NCBI GenBank assembly: GCA_012295275.1
Contig: CM022673.1
Location: 26,226,001-26,290,000, forward strand
Length of the DNA: 64,000 nt
Source of the DNA: Chrysomallon squamiferum
Lineage: Eukaryota; Animalia; Mollusca
Direction: 5' to 3'
The position numbers and the translations under genes are program-made. Positions 62,909-64,000 of the stretch are shown here, one piece after another. The notes below the pieces were generated by a model. That model saw only the letters and a list, made by a program, of their open reading frames with translations, did no database searches and was not told where the DNA came from. How positions within the stretch are numbered: position 1 is the stretch's first letter; every line of letters begins with the position of its first letter.

Positions 62909-64000
62909 TTTTAAAAATATTTTATTTAAAAGCAGTTCGCAGACATAAGAAGTGCATAGACTCCGGTGTAGATGAAATAAAAAAAAAAAAAAAAATGAAA
63001 ATTATATTCAGTCAATGAACGACAAAAAGAAATATTTTGAGACAAACCTTGCTGTCACGGGCAACTGTTTTATAAAGACAACCTGTCTATAAAAACGCCT
63101 TTAGATTACCACGCAGTGCATGTTTATAATAATCGCTTTCGCCTGTTTTGAATGTTTATCATCATAGAAAGTGCCAAACCAAACACTGGAGTTTCATGTG
63201 TTTAACAGAATCAGCAACATGCACAATACTTACACATAAAACGTGAGTGCGTGTGTGTGTGTGTGTGTGTGTGTTTAAGGCATTTATATAATATGTTTAA
63301 GTTCATACTGAAAATGATATCAATCTATTGTATGTATGTGTGTATGTAAGACATATATAATATGTGTTAGTGAATTCTGAAAACGATATCAATCTATTGA
63401 ATGTATGTGTGTTTGTCTGTGTACATACATGTGTGTGTGTGTGTGTGTGTGTTATTTTCTACTGAAATGTTTACTGAAACACCCTGCGTTTGACTTCTCC
63501 GCAGATAATTAAAAGATATCTACACGACAGGATCGCGGGCAATGTCTTTTCTTTCGTTTAGATGAAATAGAAATAATTTGTAGTCATAATTAAAAACATA
63601 TTTGTGACCGAGCCCGGGGCGCCCGTACGAGGAAATAATAAGAGCTAATAAAGGTGGGGTTAACTACCGGATAATTACTTCAAATGCCCCAGGACAGCGG
63701 CACAAACCAAACCCCCCAAACGTCTGTTCGAATCTGCGACCCTCACTTTAGGATCGATCGATTTAGTCGTCGTTTCTTTGGCTTGTTTTTCTTTTCGGCC
63801 ATATTTACACTTTTATTCGCGTTTATATAAATACATAAATGCATATATTTAAGCAGATACGCACACACACGTACGTACATACATACATACATATATACAC
63901 ACTCACGTACATATATACATACATGAACACAAACATACATATAGACACATACATTCATACATATATGCATACACATTCGTATACATACATTTATGGGAAG

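Overview
Eukaryotic, very AT-rich, microsatellite-dense animal DNA, probably a mollusc (inferred from SINE remnants and gene families, not proven). Almost all ORFs in the supplied track are microsatellite artefacts; the real genes are intron-split and I rebuilt them by hand from GT-AG junctions and codon phase. (1) The first two coding exons of PYM1 lie on the minus strand and run off the left edge. (2) A 3-exon secreted PAN/apple + C-type lectin gene (5488-8333) carries two single-base frameshifts. (3) A class B1 (secretin-family) GPCR of the CRF / DH44 / egg-laying-hormone receptor group has 11 common exons (41589-54187). Its most notable feature is three candidate alternative N-termini (20523-20634, 31730-31799, and an in-frame 5' extension from 41459). 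Each supplies the first extracellular-domain cysteine missing from the common exons, and each joins at the same phase-1 position used by vertebrate CRHR2 alpha/beta/gamma. The receptor C-tail runs into a 35-bp minisatellite that looks derived from its own ancestral stop region. The window also holds a decayed LINE, pogo/Tigger-type elements, tRNA-SINE fragments, several (TA)n-associated fold-backs, an intronic hairpin and CRE/E-box/ETS motif clusters. No database search or RNA evidence was available, so isoform and regulatory claims are inferences.
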